Assembly (NCBI GenBank): GCA_023920165.1
Contig: CP089280.1
Span: 2,418,001 to 2,482,000 of the forward strand
Length of the DNA: 64,000 nt
Source: Curvularia clavata
Taxonomy: Eukaryota
Reading direction: 5' to 3'
The position numbers were made by a program, and so were the translations under genes. Positions within the stretch are counted from its first letter, which is position 1; every line of letters starts with the position of its first letter. Below the pieces are notes generated by a model. The model saw only the letters and a program-made list of their open reading frames with translations. It was not told the origin of the DNA and made no database searches. Below, in pieces: positions 51,334-62,320 of the stretch.

Positions 51334-53268
51334 ATGCCTCAACCTGGTAAATATCTTTTGCTTGCCAGCTTAGCCGGCTCAGCTTGGAGTGTTGTACTTC
51401 CTCGCGCCGACTCTCTGCCTATTGCCGACACAGTCTTGATAAATGGAGTTATCCACACACTGGACGAGAAATCCACAACTGTCACTGCAGGATCGTTGGC
51501 CATCACGAACGGAACGATTACCTGTGTTGGTCAAGAGCAGGATTGCAAGCCTGCCATTGGGGACTCCACCAAAGTGGTGAACTTGAATGGCAAACCAGTG
51601 ATTCCTGGCCTGATCGATGCCCATATCCATCCCATTGATGCCGGGCGAGCGATGCTTGGATGTACTCTCCGCTTTCAGCAGCTCACTCAAGACAATCTCC
51701 GCAGGATCATCCAGGCCTGCCTCGATTCTGAACCCGGAAAGACGGACCTTTTGACTGTTACCGAGTTTGACCGCGAAGGATTCACTGCCATAAACGGACC
51801 GGCAAACAAATCTATGCTCGATTCGCTCAACACCACTCGACCAATTGCTATCATTGCCTCTAATCAGCACAACATCTTTGTCAACTCAAAGGCTCTACAA
51901 CTCGTCAACATTACCCGCAGCACACCCAACCCTGCCGGAGGTAGACTTGGACGCGACGCAAATGGCGAACTCACTGGTCTCCTCGAGGAAAATGCCGTGG
52001 TTCCAATCCGAGCTCTAATGGGCGACCGCGGCATTGCCCAGCTAGATGCCGCCACTGTGGCACTATCGCAGTTACGCCAGAAGGGTGTCACAAGTTTCTT
52101 GGATGCACTCCAGACCCCACACACTGCTTGGTCTAGTCTCAAGTCGACTAAGGAGCTGACCGCTCGGGTGTTCAATAACTTTGGAGTTTTCGGAAGCACC
52201 GATTTCCCGACGATTGTACGCGATGCACTGGCCAGCAGGAAGCAGCTAGACGAGGGCGAGCTGGTGGCCTCTGCAGGTCAACAGTGGCGCAACATCAAGT
52301 TCTTCCTTGACGGCGTTCTGCCTGCTGTCTCGCAATCCAGTTGGCTACTGAATCCCTATCTGATGCAAGACTCCCAGGGCAAATGGGTACCAGGCAACAA
52401 CGTTGGGCTTCCCAACACCAATCAAAAGGAGCTTCAGAGACTTCTCACCTTGACTCTGGATGCAGGAATGGGTCTTCACGTCCACGCCAGCGGTGACAAA
52501 GCCGTTCGTACCATACTCGACGCCGCCGCCCTGATGAACAGAAAATTTGCGCCTTCAGAAATTGGCATTGCCCACGCCGAGCTTGTCAGCGTCGAAGACA
52601 GAGCGCGATTTCAGGAGCTTGGTATCCCGGTTATTGCGTCGTACCAATGGGCCCAAAAGGCCACCTACTGGGCAGGGGATAACGCAATGACTCTTGGAGC
52701 CGACCGCATGAACACAGCTGAAGGATTCGGCCACCTTAACGACGCCGGAGCCCTTGTCGCATACGGCTCGGACTGGCCTGTTGATCCGCTCGACCCCTTC
52801 CTCGCCCTCGCCGTCGGTGTTACTCGTGCAGGTGATCCCCAGAACAAGAACTCCCACGCTAGCTTCGGTCCTCAATTCGTCGGCCGTCTTGACCAACAGC
52901 CTGCTCTTTCACGTGAGGCAGCACTCCGAGGCATGACTACCGCGGCGGCCACCTATCTCAACGCCTCAGCCCACATTGGCTCGCTCGAGCAGGGCAAATT
53001 CGCCGATCTCCTCATTCTTGACAAGGACTACTTTGACACGACTGCTGTCCCAGATGACAAGCTCTCGAGGAATAAAGTCCTCATGACCATGGTCGGTGGG
53101 CGTGCAGTTTTTGCTGATGAATCGGCTACCTTCCTTCCCAGCGAGTGGCAGGCCGAGTCTAAGAAACTTAACGGCAACCCTGTGGTTCAGCGTATGAAGC
53201 CTGGTAACATTTTGAGTCGCGCTCTCACTGGTCGCGCCTGTGGATCTCATGCCGGTCATCAGCACTAG
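51334..53268 (+). CDS. Secreted amidohydrolase-3 (YtcJ-like) metal hydrolase, intronless, 644 aa
   Basis: Signal peptide; VIPGLIDAHIH, HNIFVNSKAL, TPNPAGG..RDANGELTGLLEE, IKFFLDG, HVHASGDKA, IAHAELV, GSDWPV, GSLEQGKFADLLILD. Confidence 0.92.
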   Translation: MPQPGKYLLLASLAGSAWSVVLPRADSLPIADTVLINGVIHTLDEKSTTVTAGSLAITNGTITCVGQEQDCKPAIGDSTKVVNLNGKPVIPGLIDAHIHPIDAGRAMLGCTLRFQQLTQDNLRRIIQACLDSEPGKTDLLTVTEFDREGFTAINGPANKSMLDSLNTTRPIAIIASNQHNIFVNSKALQLVNITRSTPNPAGGRLGRDANGELTGLLEENAVVPIRALMGDRGIAQLDAATVALSQLRQKGVTSFLDALQTPHTAWSSLKSTKELTARVFNNFGVFGSTDFPTIVRDALASRKQLDEGELVASAGQQWRNIKFFLDGVLPAVSQSSWLLNPYLMQDSQGKWVPGNNVGLPNTNQKELQRLLTLTLDAGMGLHVHASGDKAVRTILDAAALMNRKFAPSEIGIAHAELVSVEDRARFQELGIPVIASYQWAQKATYWAGDNAMTLGADRMNTAEGFGHLNDAGALVAYGSDWPVDPLDPFLALAVGVTRAGDPQNKNSHASFGPQFVGRLDQQPALSREAALRGMTTAAATYLNASAHIGSLEQGKFADLLILDKDYFDTTAVPDDKLSRNKVLMTMVGGRAVFADESATFLPSEWQAESKKLNGNPVVQRMKPGNILSRALTGRACGSHAGHQH

Positions 53269-53622
53269 ATGTATTTCCTGTTCAGCCTAGATACTGTGTA
53301 ACCTTATGCGCACGACTTTCACTCAATTTTCAAACCAGTCTCCTTTTATATGTATGCATTGATTGGCGCGTTTCACTGGAATTCTGGAAAGAGTTTTTGT
53401 CAAACCTAGAATGAATAAGTTCTTTTTACATTGAATACCATTTTCTCGCGTTACGAGTGATCTGGCTAGAATAGTCAAATTGTAGAGTATTAGGCGTCGC
53501 CAGATCGAGCAGTCATTGCGGAGAGAGGTACGTAGTAGATCAGAAGACTACAATAGGGTTCTATCTCTCGCGTCTCTTGTCCCTCTAGATACGTCATAAT
53601 CTTTCAACTCACGCAGGAGTGT

Positions 53623-54021
53623 ATGCTTTCGACCGGGCACCTCCAGCTTGGTTCCAGCCAGGTTCAATTGATCGCTGCTTTGAGCAAAGCTTTCCATGAT
53701 ATCGGTTTTCGAACGTTACTCACTGTAGGGGTGGACTCAGATGTAGATCGACCGCTCGCGTCTTTTTTTCAACAAGTGCATCTTTTTCGCATTCAAGAAG
53801 ACGGTTCTGCTGTAGTAATTGAGGAGATGGACCTCTTAGATGATGGTGACAGCCTGAAGGGTAACTTAGGGAGAGCTTCCCTTGATACCATACTATCCTC
53901 ATTTGAGCCGAAGAAACGAAAACGGCCTAGGGATAAGTCAACAGGTCTCACGCTTGAACCCATCAAGGTGACAGAGGAAGAGCTGGCTAAGCTGAAGCAG
54001 TCATACAAGACGCGAAGATAG
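53623..54021 (+). other. 132-codon ORF of unknown nature (possibly a gene fragment)
   Basis: ATG ORF with protein-like composition, directly upstream of the helicase relic; no family recognised. Confidence 0.3.
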
Positions 54022-54044
54022 TCGATAACAGGATCAACGCTGAA

Positions 54045-54480
54045 CGAAAAATGACGATGTACTGCCGCAGTAGGCAGCAGCGCGAGAACCTCGCCAAGGC
54101 GCTTAAGTGCGTGCACTGCCACGGGAGCGAAGACGGTTGAGCGGAGCAGCTGGCACGATGGCTGAAAGACCAATGGCTGATGGTGGCCACGTCAGAGCTA
54201 GGCATATATATTGATTTCCTGGGTGTTTTATATTCTGCAGGTAGTGGAGCATAATTAACTTCGCGCGGGATAGTAGGCGACTGGGCGACGGAGTTGATCC
54301 GGCAGGTAGTGCTGGTGAAGTAAGCAAAGGCAGAGCGGCGGGAGAGCGGCGAACTGGATGCGGAGGTGACGGGCACATTCAGTAAGCATCATTAGACACA
54401 AATTGGGCAGAAACACGATGGTCCAGTCGATGGCAACATGTGAGAGCGTCGCACTTCCTTCTGTTGGGCCGCTGCCGCTA
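54045..54480 (+). pseudogene. Degraded RecQ-like (telomere-linked helicase type) helicase C-terminal domain
   Basis: KMTMYCRSRQQRENLAKALKCVHCH..G*AEQLARWLK..LMVATSELGIYIDFLGV, then frameshifted YILQV and WSIINFARDSRR. These match decayed RecQ motifs IV (YC), V (VATxALGxGID) and VI (QESGR). Confidence 0.75.
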
Positions 54481-54763
54481 CCAAATCGATACCTGGGGCA
54501 GAGCAAGCCGTGCTGGGAAGATCTCGAATACGAATATACAGGAAGCCACTTTGGTTGGATGCCATTATGAGGCGCTAGTTTACGTTCGTAGCCTCACACG
54601 AGCCAATTGCTCTTTTCGTCCCAACAAGGCTGAGACTTTGTGGCTGAGTAGACGGCAATAGTGGGGGAGCACCCCAACTTCCTCATAACACCAACTCACC
54701 TCGATTCTTGGTTTCTTGCTAGATCCCTTTCACAAAACAAACTTGGTGAACACAACAGCAGAT

Positions 54764-57346
54764 ATGCAGAAACGACACGCAAGACCTGTATCTCAAGACG
54801 ACTATGCCTTTTGCTTACGCTTAGACAGCTGGGTGGATCAATGGTTCGAGTCGTGGAGCCTCGTCATATCACCTCAGGGATGTCGGGGTAGCCAGGGAGA
54901 GATTAGACATGCTGTGAATGTGTCTCACGTCAATGCTCTCATCGATATGAGCCTTACGTACCGGCCCAAGCGGAGATCTCACGTGATCAATGCGAAAACT
55001 ATAGAATGGTTCCGGCAGAACCACCGTCAGATAGTCAGTGAAGCACAGGGCCAAGCACATATGAACAGAAGGCGTTGCGAGGACCTGCAAAGCTGCTTTC
55101 ACACGTTCGACGATTCAAACTTTCAGGTGCGCTGGCACACAAAGACCAAAGCTAAGAAACGAGAGACTTGGCAGAATTGGAAGAGTTGGTACCGGCAACA
55201 GTTCAGCCATGATCGCCCCGCATCCTGTCATTTTGGGCCCCTTAAGCCCTCTGTGATAAACATCCTCAACTTCGTCATCGAAATCAACCAGAAGCGTTCA
55301 CCACATAAACCTCTTACACCGGGTGAATTTCGCTTACTGCGTCACAGTACGACGACAGGAGATACACCAATGACGTTCCAATTGGAAAACATCAAGATCG
55401 CAGTCCTACCAAAAGACTTGCAGTATACCGCATTATCTTATCGATGGGCATCGATGGACCTCTCTCGTGCAAAGATTATCTTTCTGAACTCAATGCCGTT
55501 TGTTGTCAACAGCAAACTGTTCAACATGTTACTTTATGTAACTCAGCATGCTAGTAGACAAGGGTATCTTTGGTTGGATGCACTATGCATACGGCAGGAT
55601 GAAGAGGATTCTGCAGAGAAGTCCGTTCAGATCTCACTGATGGGCGAGATATACAAGAAGGCAAACTCTGTTGATATCTGGCTTGGCGACAATTATGGGA
55701 GTGCCAACCTGATCGAGGACCTGAAAAGGTGGGGTTCTGAGGGCATATTGCAACGCGATGTGACAAAAGAGGCGACAAAGCTTTTGGACAACCCGTGGTT
55801 CCAAAGACTTTGGATCGTCCAGGAGCTGGTATTAGCGCGCCCTGGTGCGGCCTTCCTGGTAGTCCGTGATCGTCGGATGGCTTGGGACAGCTTTGCTGCG
55901 GTCATGCATCAAATCGCAGCCTACTACGACAAAGCCATCCGCAACGCCGGGTATCAAGTCTCCCTGTTTGATTCAAAGGATAGTCGCTTCCCATTCAGAG
56001 AAGAAATCGATTCCAACAGGCTGGAGAGGTTCAACACAAACTTCGACAGAAACTATGCCATAGCGGTGGTCGAATTTGCACATCACTTCAAACAATCCGT
56101 TGCAAAACGCTTGATGGAGATACGCCAAATGTACATTTCTAGGGGCATTCGAGACAGCCATGAAGAATTACTCCATCTTGCACGCGACGGCCAAGTGAGT
56201 AATCCTCACGACCGTGTATACGCTTTGCTTGGTCTCTTCCCAACAATTTTGCTACCAGGACTGACTGTCGACTATGCAAAGCAACCATGGGAAGTGTATC
56301 GCGACTTCACGGTGAGCAAGTTTGCTTCGCAGTCACTGACTCGAACCCAAGTCGATCTCTACTGTGGCCCCTTGGTACCCCTTTCAATGGCGGAAAAGTG
56401 CCCCTCCTGGGTTCTAGATCTGTCTAAGCGCAGGCAGAGCATGTTTCTCGATAAGACGCAATTCTTCAGCACACTAAATATGGCGGAGATACCGGACGGG
56501 TACGAGATATTGTTGAACGTCAGTGCTGAATCGTATGAGTTCCCTGTCCCTGCTGTAACGATTGACCAGATTGCGACGGTTATCAAGCCCCCAAAGGATC
56601 TTCCGGCACTGTTTTCAAAATGGGAAGAGGGAATGAAGAACCTCATGTATAAACAAGTGGTGGACAAATACGGCAATCTATGCAAAGTTGACGATGGTGT
56701 GAACCCTTTCAGAGTTGCTCTACTTACTAGAATCTCGGAGTTCCTTTCACAGCTTGATCATTGCTACAGCCAAGGCCGTGCTTTAGCTAATGAATACGAC
56801 ATCAGTTATACTATCCCGCTATGGCAGATAGTCATACCACCCGCTGTGAGAGAGCCTGAAGGGAAACCAGTGGTATCCGCTCACCTTTTGTCGGATATGT
56901 TTAATGCACTGACCCAAGGGATACCCGAATCGGCTGAGTGCTACAGAAAGGATAAAGGCCGCTCAGAGACAACGGGCAGTCTAACACTTGAAGACAAGCA
57001 TGCTTGTTTCCTCTCGCCTGGAGACCAGAATCCATATAATACAATCGCTCAAGTGATAGTGATCGCCATAGTTTCATTCTTTACTGAGCGGTATCAGGGA
57101 AGCCAATGTCAATTTTTCATGACAAAACACGGTCTTTGCGGTCTCAGCAAGCCTGGAGCCCAAGTTGGTGACCATGTGGCAGTTTTGTGGCACGGTGTCG
57201 CAGGTGGCTGCGATGTGCCCTTTGTCATTCGTGAGCGAGATGACGGATGCTATTCATTGGTGGCCCCAATGTATGTTCCAGACGACTGGAAGACTTTGGC
57301 AGAATTCAGAGGCACGCGTGAGCCAGAGATTATCATTATAAAGTGA
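54764..57346 (+). CDS. HET-domain (heterokaryon incompatibility, HET-6-like) protein
   Basis: FRLL, YTALSYRW, LWLDALCIRQ, EKSVQISLMGEIYKKA, NPWFQRLWIVQELVLA, HDRVYALLGL, PSWVLDL, GDHVAVL..PFVIR; first ATG 54764; intronless. Confidence 0.92.
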   Translation: MQKRHARPVSQDDYAFCLRLDSWVDQWFESWSLVISPQGCRGSQGEIRHAVNVSHVNALIDMSLTYRPKRRSHVINAKTIEWFRQNHRQIVSEAQGQAHMNRRRCEDLQSCFHTFDDSNFQVRWHTKTKAKKRETWQNWKSWYRQQFSHDRPASCHFGPLKPSVINILNFVIEINQKRSPHKPLTPGEFRLLRHSTTTGDTPMTFQLENIKIAVLPKDLQYTALSYRWASMDLSRAKIIFLNSMPFVVNSKLFNMLLYVTQHASRQGYLWLDALCIRQDEEDSAEKSVQISLMGEIYKKANSVDIWLGDNYGSANLIEDLKRWGSEGILQRDVTKEATKLLDNPWFQRLWIVQELVLARPGAAFLVVRDRRMAWDSFAAVMHQIAAYYDKAIRNAGYQVSLFDSKDSRFPFREEIDSNRLERFNTNFDRNYAIAVVEFAHHFKQSVAKRLMEIRQMYISRGIRDSHEELLHLARDGQVSNPHDRVYALLGLFPTILLPGLTVDYAKQPWEVYRDFTVSKFASQSLTRTQVDLYCGPLVPLSMAEKCPSWVLDLSKRRQSMFLDKTQFFSTLNMAEIPDGYEILLNVSAESYEFPVPAVTIDQIATVIKPPKDLPALFSKWEEGMKNLMYKQVVDKYGNLCKVDDGVNPFRVALLTRISEFLSQLDHCYSQGRALANEYDISYTIPLWQIVIPPAVREPEGKPVVSAHLLSDMFNALTQGIPESAECYRKDKGRSETTGSLTLEDKHACFLSPGDQNPYNTIAQVIVIAIVSFFTERYQGSQCQFFMTKHGLCGLSKPGAQVGDHVAVLWHGVAGGCDVPFVIRERDDGCYSLVAPMYVPDDWKTLAEFRGTREPEIIIIK

Positions 57347-57432
57347 TATCTCCACTAGTAGCACTGCATGATACACAAGGACTTCCAGAACTAGGTACTT
57401 AACACTCTTTCTAGACATCATAACCACTAAAC

Positions 57433-57710
57433 CGTACTAACCAAACCACAGCTAGCCACTCATCCAGTGGACAAGATAACGCGGATTTCACATCAATTAC
57501 ATAATATTGGAATTCTTTAGTTTTTTAATTCATTCTTGAATCTACTAATATACTTTAACATCTTGTAAGAAGCTTTCTCGGTTTTTTTATTAAGATTCTT
57601 ATGATATACAGACTTTTAGGCCTGTGAGGTAAGACAGTTTTGATGTTCTTAGTGATCTTGGTGCTTCAAGTTAGTTTTTGGACTTCGCGTTATTTTGCCC
57701 ACCGCGGGCC
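57433..57710. mobile_element. Small AT-rich inverted-repeat element (MITE or DNA-transposon relic)
   Basis: 57465-57485 CAGTGGACAAGATAACGCGGA versus the reverse complement of 57684-57704 CGGTGGGCAAAATAACGCGAA: 17/21 identical, all differences A/G transitions; AT- and TpA-rich interior. Confidence 0.6.
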
Positions 57711-57900
57711 ACTAAAGCTACCCAATCTACAGTGTGAGCCCAGATCCTTGAATGAGTAGAAATTTCAGATGCATGGATGATGCCGAACGCCGGAGGGAGA
57801 GTAGAGTTATCGCACACCTACAAGCTTGAAGAATAGCATGTTTCCATTTAGACTACTATCTTGAGTTGACATGACTAATTTCTATCATTCTCAGCAGCAT

Positions 57901-59547
57901 CTACTTCTCCGAGCTCCATTCTTTGAACGCCTTTTGTTTCTGCCTGCTGTTCCAATTCAAAGTTCTTGAAATGCTGTCGATCCAGTCTGTCCTCCTCTTG
58001 TCTAATGGCAACACGCTCGGGAAGGGGAATCGACTTGCGCTAATAGTCACATAATCACCCGGCTTGAGTTCGACTCTTTCTCTTCCGTCGAAACTAGCCC
58101 AGGAGCTTGTCCTTGCATCGTAGGGCACGCCACAGCGTAGTACAATGGTGTCGGGCAGAATAATGGGCCGGAAAGAGAGAGTGTGTGCGCATATCGCGGT
58201 CACGAGGACGACTGGGTTATCTGGATGGCAGAGGGAGCCGCCAGCTGCAAGGTTGTATGCGGTGGATCCGGTAGGTGTGGACACGCAAACGCCATCTGCC
58301 TGGACCGTTGTAAAATGCTCGTCGTCACCAAACAACTCGATAGATGACATGGTCGGATTTGGACCTCTGTCAACGACTACCTCATTCAAGATGTTGTGCG
58401 TCCCATCTGAGTAATGCGTATGATGGTCATCGCATTCTTCGCCAATCAGCTCCTCGACCAAATCGCGACCCTTCCCTCCACGTTCTTGTGATCGCATAAT
58501 GGTAGCTTCAAAGCGGAGACGCAGACTGACGGTGATGCCATCTGCAAAAGCTCTGGAGAGTGACTGCGGGTACAGCTCGAAGTCAAATTTTGTGAGGAAG
58601 CCGAGAGAACCTAACGAGAAGGCAATGGTTGGGGGGACAATACGTTGGAACAACCAAGATGCGTACAGGACTGTGCCATCACCGCCTAGCTATGGGCTTG
58701 TCAGCGCGGCGGAGTCAGGGCGATTCAGCTGTTCTTACTGCCAAAACAATGTCAAAGGACTGGGGCCTCTGAGCGCACATCTCGTTGGTCCAAAACTTGA
58801 GACGTCCCTTGAATCCGTCTTTGGCACTCAGTTCAGCAGCATTAAAGATTTTATTGTCCTTGAGCGTTTGTTCGACATAGCTGTGCCTCTGGTCAGCGAC
58901 AATGAGTGAATCGCAAAGTCAGAGCATACACTGTGTATCCCGAGTCCTTGGTCAACAGCCAGTCGGTAACCTCGCGCGAGTGCTTGATCAGAGTCTCGTC
59001 ATGAGCCTTGCCGAGTATGAAGATGTTCCTGACATGCAGCTTCAGCCGGATCTGCGACAGCTTCTTGGAGAGCTCGCGGATACCAAACGCCATGTCCGAC
59101 AGCTGCTTCTTGGTCAACAGGCGCGAGTGCTGGGCCTCCTGGGCCTGTGGCGCGGACGCATCTTTGTCTACGCGGCGTTCCTGGGCCAGGCCTTCGTACG
59201 ACTGCGAGTGGTCTTGGACGGGCAGGCCCTCGTGCTTTTCGAGGAGCGAATGGACAATGCAGGCGGTGGTGCGGCGCTCGTTGTCTGGGCGAGACATCTT
59301 GGTAGAGGGATTGGGGGCGAGAGAGGCCTTGCGGCGATGGCCGTTGTATCCGCCTTCGAAAACAACCTCTAGGGCATCGTCGTGGCTGTTGACACTGGTA
59401 ATGCTCTTGGAGTCGTGGTCACCGAGCTCACTCTCAATAAGGAAGTCAGCATGCGGGCAGGGCTCAGTATGACGTCGGGCGGGCGTCAGGTACCTCGATG
59501 GCTTCCTGGACGCCGGGGCTGAGCTGGTCGAAGTAGCTTGCCGGCAT
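57901..59547 (-). CDS. UTR1: ATP-NAD(H) kinase (Utr1/Yef1 type)
   Basis: LLTKKQLSDMAFGIRELSK, DIVLA|LGGDGTVLY, FSLGSLGFLT, ILNEVVVDRGP, QADG..STPTGSTAY..AGG, SFDGR. Start is uncertain (ATG 59547 via an intron, or a downstream ATG). Confidence 0.92.
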
Positions 59548-59807
59548 GGTGGAAGTGGAAGCGCGTGTACGTAGGAGGATAACAACGGTAGCAGAGCAGT
59601 CTAGCAATGGCGAGGTACCGCCGGCGTTTTGTAGGCGGTCCCTTATTGAAGCAGCCGGTGCGTAATCGCCGCAGGAATCGACGCGCCGTCGCGCCCCGCT
59701 CGACGAGGGGCGGGCCTCGTTCTCTACCCCGCCCGTGTGCCAATCACAACTGCGAGCCGCCGATGAGATGAGCAACACGCATCCTGACTCAGCTCTGTTC
59801 TCTTCCT

Positions 59808-61229
59808 CTATAGCGGCACCTCGACCGACTCGAGCACTTCTTCGATAACGTCCTCGACTGTGACGCCCTCCAGCACTGCCTTGACCGCTTCCAGCGAGCT
59901 GCCCCACTGCATGCTGCGCTCGTTCTCTGGCGCAGTAATGACGATGCGATGTGGGTATATCTTGCGAGCGGCCAGGGCAACCATGGATGGCGATATGTAG
60001 TCTAGGCCGTGGAGCGGCGCAAGAGCGCTACCATGATCAGCATCAATCCGCGTCTACCACACTTCGACTTACTGTGCTAATGTGCTAAAGTGTCTCGTAG
60101 CCAGCGCTGACACCCCTCCTGCAACGGCCCGGTGTAGTCTCATGAAGACGATGATGTTGTGGAGATATGCCCGCACCTCCGAGCTCATCTTGACTCCTGA
60201 TGCCAGCCTTGCAAGATTGCCGAGGTCCTGCATATCGTCAGTTGCTGACAGATGGTGTAACATTGGCCATGCCTACCTCTGCTGTGAACAATGCAGCTTG
60301 CGGCTTGTGTTTCCCTGGTACAAACCGAGCAAGACGCACCACGGAAGACGTGGAAGCATCATCATCCAGAACGCGCTCCTTCTCTTGCAATTCTTCCAGG
60401 TTCGGGAGCCCATCATCCGTCTGGTGCTTGTGTGAGATGAAGAACTGATCATTCTGGGTGGACAACAAGTCAGAAATAATCATAAGTAATTCCAGGTAGG
60501 ACCCACCAAGTGCATGGTTAATCGTGAACTTCCTGAGGCGTTTAGAGCGACAAATAGAAAAGGCTTTGGGGCAGCATGCACAGCCGTTCTTGTAAAGTTT
60601 CGCTTTCCGCGTATAAGCTAGCAACAAGCTGTTAGCAGGAAACAATTTAAGGAGACGAATCATTGTCGAACCTCCAAAGCCTGAATCTGTACGTGCTCGT
60701 TCGCTCGATTCAAGTTTCTTGCTACAACAATGTTTGCAATTCGTTGGTTATCGAGCCGACTTAACGGCATCGGTAACTTAGATGTGTGTTGATCCGACAT
60801 CTTCGGTGATGCTGACAGCGCTGGAAACTGCTCCCTCGTCAGTCTACACGTGCTGCCATCCACTCACTCAACTCAACCCACCTCGCCTCGACCCTTCTCA
60901 GAATCTCCATCGAAGTCATCTTCCTCGCCTTGTGCAACGAGAATCCCATTTCCAAAGTCGTCCAAGGTGGTGTGCTCATCGCATTCCAGGACCACCGACG
61001 CAAGCCCAAACACATTGGACGCAATCTACCCTATCGTTAGACATGGTTAATCTTGAAACCCAGAAGAATCTCAACTTGCCAGCTGCAACTCTTCCTGCAC
61101 ATTGCGTGTGATTTCGGCCTCGGCCTCGATGATACAATGGTGCTCCGCGACCAAGCAGATGAGCACTGCCAGCTCCAAATCGCTCAACGACTGCACTTTT
61201 TCCGTCGCACCGTCTCCTGAAGCGTTCAT
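59808..61229 (-). CDS. Conserved fungal AAA-like protein with ChlI/MoxR-type lid region
   Basis: Multi-exon model: MNASGDGATEKVQSLSDLELAVLICLVAEHHCII..; IANIVVARNLNRANEHVQIQALE|LIRGKR..|NDQFFISH..; EVRAYLHNIIVFMRLHRAVAGGVSA..|ALAPLHGLDYISPSMVALAARKIYPHRI..VEVPL-stop. Confidence 0.75.
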
Positions 61230-62320
61230 GGTGAGGCACACCGACCCACTACTTTCGTGTTGTTTTTTCGGCGCAAGATTTCTGAGAAAGCCAGCAGATA
61301 TGCCTCTGAAGGAGCGAGTTCGTCGCGCGTGACGGCAAGTGTACTCTCGAGAAGCGCGACTCGACCTGCAGGGATCAAGATGCTGCTATTCCGCAACCGG
61401 CTTAGGGTCGTGGTGGATTGCAACTCCACATCGGACCACGGCGTGGAAATATTATCAACAGCCTAAGAAAATTCTGCACTCAATTGGAAAATCTCGAAAT
61501 TCATATTTTGCTGCGAAGCGCCTTTGTAAACTCTGTTGTAAGCTTTTTTCAGGCGATATATACAAAATAATTCCTCAACTACTCATAATTCAGCAACACA
61601 ACAATCGGCCTAATGGCCCAATGGCAAGGCGCTTGACTACGATTCAATTCGATATCAAGAGATTCCAGGTTCGACCCCTGGTTAGGTCACTCTTTTTTGC
61701 CTGTTCGACCGGCTTTGAAGTGTACTGGGTGCTGTTGTGGTGCTACTTGTTGGATGTCAGCTTTTTTTTTCTGCTTTCCTTGGCGACACAGACTACACCC
61801 CTCTATCTCATCAAACGCCTAGATGAACAGCAAAGCTCTTCTTCATTCTGGTATGCGACGACTGTAAGACGTTTGTAGCTAAATAGATATGCCAACTTCC
61901 ATGTTTGCTTAGTATGCATGGAATTTATATTTTAATAATCTCAAGCCTAGCCTTGTTACTTCTTCTCAGTGGGAGACCTAATCTTTCAACCTCGTTCTGC
62001 ACCATATGTTCTTCTATTACGTAGGCTTTCAAATGAGCGGAGTTAGCCAGCTACTAGCCACAAGCTTGAAGCAAGAGCACAACAACCCGTAATCGTGTTT
62101 CACACAAAAACGTCAAGAAAAGTGACACGAAAAACGGAGATGAAAAACATTATTTGAATTCATCATTTCATAATCTCATCATGTTACTTCCCTCTCTATC
62201 CAACGCCCTTGTACCAATACCCTACGAAGCCCCCCAAGAAAAGAAAAATCAGAACACCTCAAACCAATCCAATCGCTCGAACTTCCTACCGTTATCCAAA
62301 CCAGAACAAAACCACATCGT

